A DNA stretch of 64,000 nt from Acidobacteriota bacterium. Lineage in GTDB: Bacteria; Acidobacteriota; Thermoanaerobaculia; Gp7-AA8. This document shows positions 41,744 through 52,828 of this stretch, one piece after another. The notes below the pieces were generated by a model. The model was not told where the DNA came from. It ran no database searches and saw only the letters and a program-made list of their open reading frames with translations. Numbering within the stretch: position 1 is the stretch's first letter; every line of letters begins with the position of its first letter. The stretch spans positions 415,978 to 479,977 of the forward strand of contig JAFATB010000022.1 in NCBI GenBank assembly GCA_019244185.1, read 5' to 3'. A program made the translations under genes and the position numbers.

Positions 41744-42930
41744 GCCGCCGCGATGACGCGCGTGCCTTCCGTTCGAATCCAGTGCGAGGCGACGTCGGGG
41801 CGTCCGAAGTAGAAGCCCTGCGCGAGACCGATCCCGAGCTCGCGCGCCGCGTCCGCGGTCTCCGGCGTCTCCACGCCTTCGAGCACCGTCTGGCAGCCGA
41901 AGTCGCGCGCCAGACCGACCACGTGGCGGATGATGCGCAGCTTCGTCTCGTCGTGCTCGAAGCCGGTGCCGAACTCGTGGCTCACCTTGATGAACGACGG
42001 CCGGATGCGGTCGATCATGCCGAGGTGCGAGTACGCGGAGCCGTGGTCATCGAGCGCGAAGCGGACGCCTTCCGCGCGCAGCGAGACGAGCACGTCGTCG
42101 ATCGATTCATCGGCCGCGAAGTTCGAGCGCTCCGTGATTTCGACGACGAGGCGTGAGAGCGGAATGCTCGCGCGCGTGGCCGCGGTCTTCATCGCCTGCA
42201 CGAGCCGCGCATTGAGCGCCTGCGGATCGACGTTCATGAAGAGCGCGCCGCTCGGCGGCAGCCCGGCCGCGTTGCGCAGCGCGCACTCGATCGCGGCGAC
42301 GTTCAGCTCGCACAACCGCGATCGCCGCCCCGCGTACGCGAAGAGCTCCGCGGGACCGCCGAGCGGCCAGCGTCCGCGTACGCGCGAGAGCGCCTCGTAC
42401 GCGAACGTCGTCACGCCGCCCGCGGCGAGGCGCACGATCGGCTGGAACGCGGCGAAGAGCAGGTCGTTGCGCAGCAGCTCGTCGATCGGCGGCACGCGGA
42501 TCATCTGATACTCCGCGCCGTCGGCCGGCTCGGGACCGGTGCCGAACACCGCCTCGAGCTCCGACGTCTCGAACGGCTTCGGCAGCAGCGCCGTCGCGCC
42601 GTGCGCGAGCGCGGTGGCGCGCAGCGCATCGGTCGCGAAACCGGTGATGAGGATGATGCTGCATTGCGGGTGGAGCTTTTTGACCTGGCCGACGAAGTGG
42701 AGCCCCTCGAACCCGAACGCGCCCGAGAACTGCACGTCCGTGACGAGATGCGTCACCGGGAACCGCGCCAGCGTCAGCTCCGCCGATTCGAGATCGGAGC
42801 AGACGATCGTGGTGCGGCCGTTGCGCTCCAGCGTCATCGCCAGCGCCTCGGTGACGTACCGGTCGTCATCGACGATCAGCACGCAGTCTCCGCCGCGCGG
42901 TCGTCCGTTCATGAAGGGTTCCTCGCTCAT
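41740..42930 (-). CDS. REC-EAL c-di-GMP phosphodiesterase
   Basis: IVDDD..TD..KPF, then FQPIV, YEALSR, EITE, DDHG, EGVET, QGF; start reassigned to ATG 42930. Confidence 0.9.
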
Positions 42931-42938
42931 CGTGGCTC

Positions 42939-43358
42939 CTACGCGCTGCGCGCGAACGCCGCGTGCTCCTGCACCAGGTCGTGGGTTTCGAGATAGAAGT
43001 GCGTGTCGCGCGCGCTGAGCGCGTACAGCACACGGTCGCCGCCGCGGCCCGTCGCGCTGAGATAGCCGCCGCCGTCGTCGCGGATCATCAGCACGTCGCC
43101 GGTGAACTCCCCGGGCAGCGCGGACATGAGGTCGAGAAAGTCGTCGCCCGTGCCGGTGCGGTCGATCACCAGGCGCTCGACGTCGAGCGCAATGCCGGAG
43201 ATCGCGGCGTCCACCGCCGTCTTCAGCATGCGGATCGAATCGACGAAGGCCATGCGCGCGCGGACGTAGGCGTCGCGATTCCACTCGCGGCGCTCCTTGG
43301 CCGACTCGCGCGCCACGAGCGTGATGCGGTCTTCGAACGGGTGCGTGCTTGCGCGCAT
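42939..43358 (-). CDS. Hypothetical protein, possibly a degenerate receiver domain
   Basis: Beta/alpha pattern ITLVAR, RLVID, GDDFLDLMSAL, DVLMI; operon position. Confidence 0.6.
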   Translation of the reverse strand: MRASTHPFEDRITLVARESAKERREWNRDAYVRARMAFVDSIRMLKTAVDAAISGIALDVERLVIDRTGTGDDFLDLMSALPGEFTGDVLMIRDDGGGYLSATGRGGDRVLYALSARDTHFYLETHDLVQEHAAFARSA

Positions 43359-43363
43359 GATCG

Positions 43364-43495
43364 TCACCGGGCGTTCTGCAGGAGGTACGTCGCGACGGAA
43401 AGAGCGAACGACGGCAAGCAGAGGGCGGCCAGCACGCGCCAACTGCTGCGGCCGCCGCGGAGGTCGGACATCGTGTGCTGCAGGAAGTTCGTCAC
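43364..43495 (-). CDS. 43-aa single-TM small protein (below the ORF-track cutoff)
   Basis: SD AAGGAG; GTG overlaps the upstream TGA; MTNFLQHTMSDLRGGRSSWRVLAALCLPSFALSVATYLLQNAR. Confidence 0.6.
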   Translation of the reverse strand: MTNFLQHTMSDLRGGRSSWRVLAALCLPSFALSVATYLLQNAR

Positions 43496-43827
43496 TGGTT
43501 TTCTCCTTTCGTGATGGCGGGCGAGGGGAGGGGAACGGTGCGGAAACCGAACTGGTCGAGCGGCCAGACATCGAGCGGCAGCGACTTGTCGGCGATCGTG
43601 TACGTGGATTTGTGGCGGGCGGCGATCAGCTCGATCTCGCCCTCCTCGGGAACGACGTAGGTGTCGCCGGCATAGCGAAACGCCTGTCCCGGCTTCCCGA
43701 CGAAGCGGTAGCCGACGGTGGTGATCCCGCAGGTGACCTTCGGCGCGGGCTCCGCTTTGCGCTTGAAGGCGCCGAGGTCGAGATCGAACTGAATGGCAAG
43801 CGTTAAGGCGGCAGCGGCGACGATCAT
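43492..43827 (-). CDS. Hypothetical small, probably exported, beta-rich protein
   Basis: SD AAGGA, hydrophobic N-terminus, first gene of the operon. Confidence 0.7.
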   Translation of the reverse strand: MIVAAAALTLAIQFDLDLGAFKRKAEPAPKVTCGITTVGYRFVGKPGQAFRYAGDTYVVPEEGEIELIAARHKSTYTIADKSLPLDVWPLDQFGFRTVPLPSPAITKGENQ

Positions 43828-43867
43828 TTGGTGTTTCCTTTCCGGACGACTGGACGCGCTGCCTTAG

Positions 43868-43912
43868 TCCAAGGCCGGTACCATGATGGCCAAGTCGGCT
43901 AACTATCTGAAA
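43868..43912 (-). promoter_or_regulatory. Variant sigma-54 promoter plus IHF-like site
   Basis: TGGTACCGGCCTTGGA (43868-43883; GG instead of GC at -12); TTTCAGatagTTA at 43900-43912; divergent sigma-54 activator adjacent. Confidence 0.5.
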
Positions 43913-43985
43913 CGTCGTGGTTTAGTGCACATTTGCGTAGAATCAGCCCTGTGCGTACGGCGGACGGGTGTATGATTTTCGGACG

Positions 43986-45332
<1,347 letters not shown>

Positions 45333-45465
45333 GGCAACACGCGGACGGCTTCGCCGCCGCGGTTGCTCGCCGCGAGGCAGCCGGCGCGCTTCGCGCGCGG
45401 CTGATCGGCGGCGGCGTGAAGAGAGACGCGCGCGCGAAAGCTGCATCTCGTGCAGGAGGACTTTC

Positions 45466-46098
45466 ATGGGACTGCTGCCGGATGCTGCACTCGATCAACT
45501 CTTCCGCAATGCGCGCACGTACAACAAGTGGCTCGACAAGCCGGTGAGCGACGAGACGCTGCGGGCGATCTACGACTTCGCGAAGTGGGGGCCGACGAGC
45601 GCGAACACGAGTCCGGCGCGCTTCGTCTTTCTGCGCTCGAAAGAAGCGAAAGAGCGGCTGCGTCCCGCGCTCGCGCCGGGTAACGTCGAGAAGACGATGA
45701 CGGCGCCGGTCACGGTGATCATCGCGTACGACCTCCTCTTCTACGAGAAATTGCCGAAGCTCTTTCCGCACAACCCGGCGATGCGCGAGCTCTTTCGCGC
45801 GAACCCGCAGCTCGTCGAGACGACGGCGCGCCGCAACTCGACGCTCCAGGGCGCGTATCTCATGCTCGCCGCGCGTGCGGCGGGGCTCGACTGCGGGCCG
45901 CTCTCCGGCTTCGACAACATGAAGCTCGACGAGGCGTTCTTCAATGCCGGGCGCGAGTGCGAGGGTTGCGATCAGGAGTTCTTCCCCGAAGGGCACGTGC
46001 GCTCGAACTTCCTCTGCAACCTCGGCTACGGCGATCCGGCGTCGCTCTTTCCGCGCGCGCCGCGGCTCGACTTCGCGGAGGCGTGCACGCTGCTGTGA
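45466..46098 (+). CDS. Nitroreductase, RutE / malonic semialdehyde reductase family
   Basis: SD AGGAGG; [46 protein letters not shown]. Confidence 0.9.
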   Translation: MGLLPDAALDQLFRNARTYNKWLDKPVSDETLRAIYDFAKWGPTSANTSPARFVFLRSKEAKERLRPALAPGNVEKTMTAPVTVIIAYDLLFYEKLPKLFPHNPAMRELFRANPQLVETTARRNSTLQGAYLMLAARAAGLDCGPLSGFDNMKLDEAFFNAGRECEGCDQEFFPEGHVRSNFLCNLGYGDPASLFPRAPRLDFAEACTLL

Positions 46099-46107
46099 GC
46101 GCGCGCG

Positions 46108-47634
46108 TTACGACGCGACCGGCGCGCGCGCGAGCATGTTCTGCAGGTCGACGAAATCGGCCGGCTTCGTGAGGTGCACGTCGAAGCCGGCGTCGAGCGC
46201 CTTCTTCTTGTCCTCGGCCTGGCCGTAGCCGGTGAGCGCGATGAGATAGACGTCCGTGGCGAGCGTCGCGCGCACGCGCCGCGCGATCTCGTAGCCGTCC
46301 ATGCCGGGGAGGCCGATGTCGATCAGCGCGACGTCGGGCGGATCGGCGAGCAGCTTCTCGAGTCCGTGCACACCGTCCGACGCCGCCTCGACCGAATGTC
46401 CGAGCTTGCGCAGCTTGAGGTGCAGCAGGTCGCGGATCTCGTTGTTGTCCTCGATGACGAGAATGCGCCGCGCGCCCGGCTGCGCCACGCGCTGCTGCGG
46501 CGGCGCGGCGGGCCGGAGCTGCTCTTCCGTCGCGACCGGGACGCGCACCACGAACTCGCTGCCGCTGCCGCGCCCGCGGCTGTACGCGCGCACGTTGCCG
46601 TGATGCAGTCCGACGAGCTTCTTCACCAGCGTGAGGCCGATGCCCATGCCCCCTTCGGTGCGGTCAATGGTCGTCTCGCCCTGCATGAACATGTCGAAGA
46701 TGAGCGTGAGCATCTCCGGCGGAATGCCTTTGCCGTTGTCGCGCACGCGCAGCACGACGTCGCCGCCATCGACGTCGAGCGTGACGTCGATCTGCCCCTC
46801 GGGCGGCGTGTACTTGATCGCATTCGACAGCAGGTTGTTCACGACCTGCTCGAGCCGGACCGCGTCGCCGCGCACGATCGTGTGCGGCTGCGCGATCTGC
46901 ACGACCAGCTGCAGCCGCCGCGCCTCCGCGCGCGGACGCATCGTCTCGACGCAGTGCTCGACGACGTCGGCGAAGTCGACGGCGGTCGTCTGGAGCGCGA
47001 TCTTTCCGGTGGTCACGCGCGCGATGTCGAGCAGGTCGTCGACGAGCTTCGCCAGATGGCGCGTCTGCCGCGTGAGGATGGCCTGTTCGTTCGACACGTC
47101 GCGTCCGTCGAGCGAGTCGACGGCGAGCGCGATGGCCGCCAGCGGATTGCGCAGCTCGTGGCTGAGCATGGCCAGGAACTGGTCGCGCTCGTCGACGCGC
47201 TGTTCGAGCTCGCCGACGAGATCGCGAATCTCGTACTGCCGCCGCCGCGCGCGCAGCGCCGCCTGCGCCGCGCTCACGAGCGTCTTCACGCGCACCGGAC
47301 GCTCGATCATGGTCACGTTCGCGCGTCCGCCGAGCTGTTCGAACGAATGCATCGTCAGCTCCGCCGACGGCCGCGAGGTGAAGAGCAGCAGCGGCAGGTC
47401 CGACCACGGCGGCTGCTTTTCCAGCGCCGCGCGCAGGCATTCCATCGCGTGCGCCGTCAGCGCTTCCTCGGTGAGGATCGCCGCGCCGGCGGCGTCTGCG
47501 ATCTTGTCGCAGAACGGGCCGATGTCCTGGGCGACCTCGGCCGACAGCCCGGCCGTGCGCAGCGCCTCGCAGGTGAGCTGCGCATCTCGCCCCGTGGGGG
47601 CGAGGATCACGATCCGTTCACTTGCTACGGCCAC
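46108..47634 (-). CDS. Hybrid histidine kinase with N-terminal pseudo-receiver (KaiC-associated type)
   Basis: ILAPTGRDA, QPPWSDLP, ERP; SHELRNPL, NAIKYT, GMGIGL; C-terminal REC. Confidence 0.92.
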   Translation of the reverse strand: MAVASERIVILAPTGRDAQLTCEALRTAGLSAEVAQDIGPFCDKIADAAGAAILTEEALTAHAMECLRAALEKQPPWSDLPLLLFTSRPSAELTMHSFEQLGGRANVTMIERPVRVKTLVSAAQAALRARRRQYEIRDLVGELEQRVDERDQFLAMLSHELRNPLAAIALAVDSLDGRDVSNEQAILTRQTRHLAKLVDDLLDIARVTTGKIALQTTAVDFADVVEHCVETMRPRAEARRLQLVVQIAQPHTIVRGDAVRLEQVVNNLLSNAIKYTPPEGQIDVTLDVDGGDVVLRVRDNGKGIPPEMLTLIFDMFMQGETTIDRTEGGMGIGLTLVKKLVGLHHGNVRAYSRGRGSGSEFVVRVPVATEEQLRPAAPPQQRVAQPGARRILVIEDNNEIRDLLHLKLRKLGHSVEAASDGVHGLEKLLADPPDVALIDIGLPGMDGYEIARRVRATLATDVYLIALTGYGQAEDKKKALDAGFDVHLTKPADFVDLQNMLARAPVAS

Positions 47635-49126
47635 CTGGAAGCATGTCTCCGACCCCCCCGCTCACGTGCGCTTCGACCAGCGGCGTTCCCGACAACACGC
47701 CATGGAACTCCGTCAGCGGCGGTCCCACCATGAGACCCTCGCTGGTGATGCTCAGCGGCCGAATCGCTTTCTCGTGCGCGCCGCTGCGCTTCTTCACAAC
47801 TGATACCGCTTTCCGGATTTCGCCGGCGAGCTCGAAGTAGCGGAGCAGGACGACGCAGTCGGCGAGGTAGCTGACGTCGACCGGCGAGGTCATGGCCGTG
47901 GCCACGACGCCGTGCTGCGCGACGACGAGCAGCGTGGCCACGCCCTGCTGCCCGAGGTACGTCAGCAGCTCGTGCATCTGAATCAGGAGGAAGCGCTCTT
48001 CCGGCATCGCGTTCAGGTAGCCGTTGAGGCTGTCGATGATGAGGATGCTGACCTTGCGCTCCTCGACGGCCTCGCGTACGAGGTACACGAACTCCCCCGG
48101 CGGCACTTCGGCGGGATCGATCTGCTGCACGGTGATGCGGCCGCTCTCGATGTGCGGCTGCATCTGCATGCCGATGCCGTGTGCGCGGGCGAGCATCGTC
48201 GCGCGGCTTTCGTCGAAGAGAAAGATCGCCACGTTCTCGCCGCGCTGCGCCGCCGTGATCGCGTACTGTCCCGTGAGCGCCGACTTGCCGGAGCCGGCCG
48301 GTCCCATGACCAGCGTGCTCGTGCCGCGATCGATGCCGCCGCCGAGGAGCGCGTCGATGGCGGGGATGCCGCTCGTCAGCTGGCGCGACTCCGTCAATTG
48401 ATGATGCTCGGCCGCGACGAGACGCGGGAAAACGGCGAGACCGCCGGTGCGGATGAGAAAGTCGTGGAAGCCGCCGCGGTACTTCACGCCGCGCAGTTTC
48501 GACACGCGCAGCCTTCGGCGCTCCGCGCCGTAAAGCGGCGCGAGCTGTTCGAGCAGGATCACGCCGTGCGCGAGCGTCATCAGCTGCATGTCGCCCGAGG
48601 CGACGTCTTTGTCGTCGAGCAGCAGGACCGTGCAGTTCTTGCCGGCGAAGTAGTGTTTCAGCGCGAGGATCTGCCGCCGGTAGCGCAGCGGGTTCTGCGC
48701 GAGCAGCCGCACCTCGGAAAGCGAGTCGATGACCACGCGCTGCGGCTGAACGCTGTCGACCTGGCTGACGATCGTGCGCGTTGCCTCGCCGAGCTCGATC
48801 TCCGACGGATGGAAGATCGTGCTCTCGTCCTCGTCGTCGAGGCGCGCGGCCGCGGAGTATTCGAAGATGTCGATGCCGCCGAGCGACCAGCCGTGCGACG
48901 CGGCGACGGACTCGATCTCTTCACGCGTCTCGGAGAGCGTGATGTAGAGGACTCTCTCGCCGAGGCGCGCGCCTTCGAGCAGGAAGTGCAGGCCGAGCGT
49001 CGTCTTGCCGACGCCCGGGTCGCCCGTGACCAGATAGATCCGGTTCTTCGTGAGGCCGCCGGAGAGCACATCATCGAGTCCGGGTATGCCGGTGGGCGCG
49101 ATGTCCCGCGGAAACTGGGCAGTCAT
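47618..49126 (-). CDS. kaiC: KaiC-like double RecA-domain ATPase
   Basis: TGIPGLD, two Walker A motifs (GDPGVGKT, GPAGSGKS), IDSL x2, VSYLAD at the phospho-site. A clock function is not implied. Confidence 0.9.
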   Translation of the reverse strand: MTAQFPRDIAPTGIPGLDDVLSGGLTKNRIYLVTGDPGVGKTTLGLHFLLEGARLGERVLYITLSETREEIESVAASHGWSLGGIDIFEYSAAARLDDEDESTIFHPSEIELGEATRTIVSQVDSVQPQRVVIDSLSEVRLLAQNPLRYRRQILALKHYFAGKNCTVLLLDDKDVASGDMQLMTLAHGVILLEQLAPLYGAERRRLRVSKLRGVKYRGGFHDFLIRTGGLAVFPRLVAAEHHQLTESRQLTSGIPAIDALLGGGIDRGTSTLVMGPAGSGKSALTGQYAITAAQRGENVAIFLFDESRATMLARAHGIGMQMQPHIESGRITVQQIDPAEVPPGEFVYLVREAVEERKVSILIIDSLNGYLNAMPEERFLLIQMHELLTYLGQQGVATLLVVAQHGVVATAMTSPVDVSYLADCVVLLRYFELAGEIRKAVSVVKKRSGAHEKAIRPLSITSEGLMVGPPLTEFHGVLSGTPLVEAHVSGGVGDMLPGGRSK

Positions 49127-49136
49127 GAAACCTCTC

Positions 49137-49544
49137 TTAATTGGTCGGCGTGGCCGGCTCGCGGCAGAGCGCCACGATCGCTTTGGTGAACTCGTCGACG
49201 TCGAACGGCTTGGAGATGACGAGCTTCACGACGTCGAGATCGAGCTTCGTCAACGCCTGTTGCGACACCGCGGAGACGACGGCCACGGGCGTGGTCACGT
49301 TCTCGCGCTTGAGGTACTCGATGATCTCGAAGCCGTTGACTTCCGGGACCATCAGATCGAGCACGACGACCGAGTACGGCGCCGAGCGGAGCTTCTCCAT
49401 CGCCGTGCGTCCGTCGGTCGCGACGTCGACGTCGATCTGCTGACGCTTCAGCAGCTTCTCGACGAGCTTGCCGATCGCCGGATCGTCTTCGACGATCAGC
49501 GCGCGATGCCTCTCGTCCGCGGTCGGGTCGTGGGCGGTACTCAT
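49137..49544 (-). CDS. Single-domain response regulator receiver
   Basis: LIVEDD, VLDLMVP, VSA, KPF; start reassigned to 49544. Confidence 0.9.
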   Translation of the reverse strand: MSTAHDPTADERHRALIVEDDPAIGKLVEKLLKRQQIDVDVATDGRTAMEKLRSAPYSVVVLDLMVPEVNGFEIIEYLKRENVTTPVAVVSAVSQQALTKLDLDVVKLVISKPFDVDEFTKAIVALCREPATPTN

Positions 49545-49594
49545 GCGCAGTCGCGTTGCAGTGTAGCAGTACAGGTCTGCTGAGCCCGCCCGGT

Positions 49595-49610
49595 TGCAAA
49601 CGTGAAACCA
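49595..49610 (-). promoter_or_regulatory. Putative sigma-54 promoter of the REC-kaiC-kinase operon
   Basis: TGGTTTCACGTTTGCA (GG-N10-GC). Confidence 0.6.
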
Positions 49611-49638
49611 GCTCCGCTCCTTCACGTACACTGCGCCC

Positions 49639-51411
49639 ATGAAGAAGCTGCTCGTGCTTGCCGCACTCGTGATGTCCGTCGTTCCCGCTTCCGCTCAAGA
49701 GCTCTCCGCAGCGGACCTCGATCGCCGTCGCAAGGCGCTGTCCGATCTGCTGAACGAGCAGTGGGAGTACACGCTGAAGACGAATCCCGAGTTCGCGTCG
49801 ATTCTGGGCGACCGCCGCTACAACGACAAGGTCAGCGATCCCTCAGAGCGCGAGGTCATGGCGGAGCTCGCCGCGTCGCGCGCGTTCCTCAAACGCTTCC
49901 GCGCCATCGACACGACCGGCTTCGACGAACAGGAAAAACTCAACCGCGATCTCATGGTGCGCGACCTCACGCAGGGCATCGAAGGATCGAAGTTCAAGAA
50001 CTGGGAGATGCCCGTCAATCAGATGGGCGGCATTCACCTCGGCGCCGCGCAGCTGCCGTCGATGCTGCCGTTCGCGACGGTCAAAGACTACGACGACTAC
50101 GTCACGCGCCTCTCGAAGTTCCCGGCGCAGATGGCCGAGACCGAGAAGAACATGCGCAAAGGCATGGCCGACAAGCTGATGCCGCCGAAGTTCCTGCTCG
50201 AGAAAGTCGCGTCGCAGGCGCAGTCGATCGCCGACACGCCCGTGGCCGACTCCGCGTTCGCGCAGCCGGTGCAGAAGATGCCGGACTCGTTCTCCGACGC
50301 CGACAAGCAGCGCATCCGCACGGCCGTGCTCGAGCAGGTGCAGAAGAGCGTCATCCCCGCGTACACCCGCTTCGCGAAGTTCGTGCGCGACGAGTACGCG
50401 CCGAAAGGACGCACGCAGGTCGGCATCTGGTCGCTGCCCGACGGCGGCGCGCGCTACGCGTATCAGGTGCGCAACTCGACGACGACCGATCTCACGCCGG
50501 AACAGATCCATCAGATCGGCCTCAGTGAAGTCGCGCGCATCGAAGGGGAGATGCGGCAGATCGCGCAGAAGCTCGGCTTCAACGATCTCAAGACCTTCAA
50601 CGCCTCGCTCGACAAGAACCCCGACGTGCACGCGAAGTCGCGCGAGCAGATCCTCGACCTCTATCGCAAGTACATCGATCAGATGAGCGCGAAGCTGCCG
50701 CAGCTCTTCGGCCGCCTGCCGAAGGCGCACATCGAAGTCGTGGCCACCGAGCCGTTCCGCGAGAAGGAAGCGCCCGGCGCCGAATACAACACCGGCGCGC
50801 CGGACGGCTCGCGTCCGGGACGCGTCTACGTCAACACGTCCGATCCGACCTCGCGCAAGACGATCTCCATGGAGTCGACCGCGTATCACGAGGGCGTTCC
50901 CGGACATCACATGCAGCTCTCCATTCAGCAGGAGCTGCCGACGCTGCCGCCGTTCCGCCAGCAGGGCGGCTACACCGCGTTCGTCGAAGGGTGGGCGCTC
51001 TACTCCGAACGCCTCGGCAAGGAAGTCGGCTTCTATCAGGATCCGTACAACGACTACGGCCGTCTCAACGACGAAATGCTGCGCGCCGTGCGCCTCGTCG
51101 TCGACACGGGACTGCACGCGAAGCACTGGACGCGCGATCAGGTCGTGCAGTTCTTCCGCGATCACTCCGCGACCGACGAAGTGGAGATCCAGAGCGAGAC
51201 CGATCGCTACATCTCGTGGCCGGGACAGGCGCTCGCGTACAAGATCGGACAGCTGAAGATCCTCGAGCTGCGCGAGCGCGCGCACAAGGAGCTCGGCGAC
51301 AAGTTCGACATCCGCGAGTTCCACGACGAAGTCCTCGGCGCCGGCGCGCTGCCGCTGCAGACGCTCGAACAACGGATCGACCACTGGATCGCGAGGAAGA
51401 AGGCTGCCTGA
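49639..51411 (+). CDS. DUF885-family secreted protein (putative metallopeptidase)
   Basis: HEGVPGHH, EGWALYSE, RAVRLVVDTGLH, PGQALAYKIG. Confidence 0.92.
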   Translation: MKKLLVLAALVMSVVPASAQELSAADLDRRRKALSDLLNEQWEYTLKTNPEFASILGDRRYNDKVSDPSEREVMAELAASRAFLKRFRAIDTTGFDEQEKLNRDLMVRDLTQGIEGSKFKNWEMPVNQMGGIHLGAAQLPSMLPFATVKDYDDYVTRLSKFPAQMAETEKNMRKGMADKLMPPKFLLEKVASQAQSIADTPVADSAFAQPVQKMPDSFSDADKQRIRTAVLEQVQKSVIPAYTRFAKFVRDEYAPKGRTQVGIWSLPDGGARYAYQVRNSTTTDLTPEQIHQIGLSEVARIEGEMRQIAQKLGFNDLKTFNASLDKNPDVHAKSREQILDLYRKYIDQMSAKLPQLFGRLPKAHIEVVATEPFREKEAPGAEYNTGAPDGSRPGRVYVNTSDPTSRKTISMESTAYHEGVPGHHMQLSIQQELPTLPPFRQQGGYTAFVEGWALYSERLGKEVGFYQDPYNDYGRLNDEMLRAVRLVVDTGLHAKHWTRDQVVQFFRDHSATDEVEIQSETDRYISWPGQALAYKIGQLKILELRERAHKELGDKFDIREFHDEVLGAGALPLQTLEQRIDHWIARKKAA

Positions 51412-52189
51412 GCTTCCTGAAGTGGAGACGTACTCGCGTTACTTCGCGCGTACGTCGTTGCGCCAGACGATCGCGCGCGTCGACGTGCGCGACGAGCGCA
51501 TCCTCGGCGAGATCCGCCGCGAGACCTTCGTCCGCAAGCTGAAAGGGCGCGCGTTCACGTCCGTGCGGCGTCACGGCAAACATCTCTTCGCCGACGCCGG
51601 CGCGACGTGGCTCCATCTGCACTTCGGGATGACCGGCGACCTCGCATACGTCACCGGCGATCAGCGCGAGCCGCGCTTTTCGCGCGTCGTCTTCAACTTC
51701 GACAACGGAGCGCGCCTCGCGTACGACGACATGCGCCTCTTCGGCGTCGTCGAACTGGTCGACGATCCCGACGCGTTCGTCGCCGCGCGCGGTCTCGGTC
51801 CCGATCCGCTCGATCCGTCGTTCACGTTCGCGCGTTTCGCCGGACTGCTCGACGGCCGCCGCGGCGCGATCAAGTCGCTGCTGATGACGCAGGAGATCAT
51901 CGCGGGACTCGGCAATCTGTACGTCGACGAGATGCTGTATCAGTCGTCTGTGCACCCGCGCCGCGCGATCGATCGTCTACGCGCCGTGGAAACGCGCGCG
52001 CTCTTCACCGCCATGCGCCGCATCCTGCGCGAGGCCATCGCACGCCGCGAGCGCGACGTCGAATTGCCGGCCAAGTACCTCATGCTGCATCGCGAAGTGG
52101 GGGAGCGCTGCCCGCGCTGCGGCGGCACGATCAAGCGTACGGTCGTGTTCGGTCGGACGACCTACTATTGCGGATCGCATCAGCGCTGA
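51404..52189 (+). CDS. mutM: Fpg/Nei-family DNA glycosylase, apparent CTG start
   Basis: CTG-CCT-GAG-CTT-CCT-GAA-GTG gives (M)PELPEV; RHGK, HFGMTG, GLGNLY, zinc finger CPRC...CGSH. Confidence 0.88.
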   Translation: MPELPEVETYSRYFARTSLRQTIARVDVRDERILGEIRRETFVRKLKGRAFTSVRRHGKHLFADAGATWLHLHFGMTGDLAYVTGDQREPRFSRVVFNFDNGARLAYDDMRLFGVVELVDDPDAFVAARGLGPDPLDPSFTFARFAGLLDGRRGAIKSLLMTQEIIAGLGNLYVDEMLYQSSVHPRRAIDRLRAVETRALFTAMRRILREAIARRERDVELPAKYLMLHREVGERCPRCGGTIKRTVVFGRTTYYCGSHQR

Positions 52190-52220
52190 GGCTCCGCGAG
52201 TACAATCGCTGGTCCTCGCG

Positions 52221-52775
52221 ATGTTGGAACAACGCCTCAACGATCTCGATCGGCGCGTGCGCGAACTGATGCGAGGTCACGTCCCTGCCGTCGCGCACGA
52301 GCACATCGTCACCGACGACAGCACGCCCGCGGGCCGCGCCATCCGCCTCGTCCTCGCCGAACTGCGCCACGACGTGCCGTACGACAGCTGCTCGGTGCAG
52401 GAACTGCGCGGCAGTCGTCTCGTGATCGTCGGCGGCGTCGGCTTCGCCGATCTCGACGTCCTCCTCGGCGAGAGCTTCGACATCACGAACCTCGACATCC
52501 CGAACGGCGCGGTCATCCACCGCCGCCGCCCGCTCATCGTGCGCGACACCGACCAGTACCGCGCCTTCCGCCGCGGACTGCACGTCGGCAGCGGCATCCG
52601 CTCGTGGCTCGGCGTACCGCTCCTCTGCGGCGATCATCTCGCCGGCATGATGGCGCTCGACAAATGCGAGCCCGATTTCTACACGGCCATCCACCAGCAG
52701 ACCGCGCTTCGCTACGCCGAAATCGCGGCTTGGGCGATGGAAGCGGAGCGCAACGCCGGCGAAAAAACCGGATGA
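52221..52775 (+). CDS. Stand-alone GAF-domain protein
   Basis: VPYDSCSV, PLIVRDT, IRSWLGVPL, GMMALD. Confidence 0.8.
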   Translation: MLEQRLNDLDRRVRELMRGHVPAVAHEHIVTDDSTPAGRAIRLVLAELRHDVPYDSCSVQELRGSRLVIVGGVGFADLDVLLGESFDITNLDIPNGAVIHRRRPLIVRDTDQYRAFRRGLHVGSGIRSWLGVPLLCGDHLAGMMALDKCEPDFYTAIHQQTALRYAEIAAWAMEAERNAGEKTG

Positions 52776-52828
52776 CCGTTCTCTGTAATCGAGGCGTAAT
52801 CTGACATCGCTACCGTAGACAGCGGAGG

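Noticed and set aside
47618-49126. Circadian clock locus
   Set aside because: No kaiA or kaiB in the window, an SY phospho-site and a kinase-linked context.
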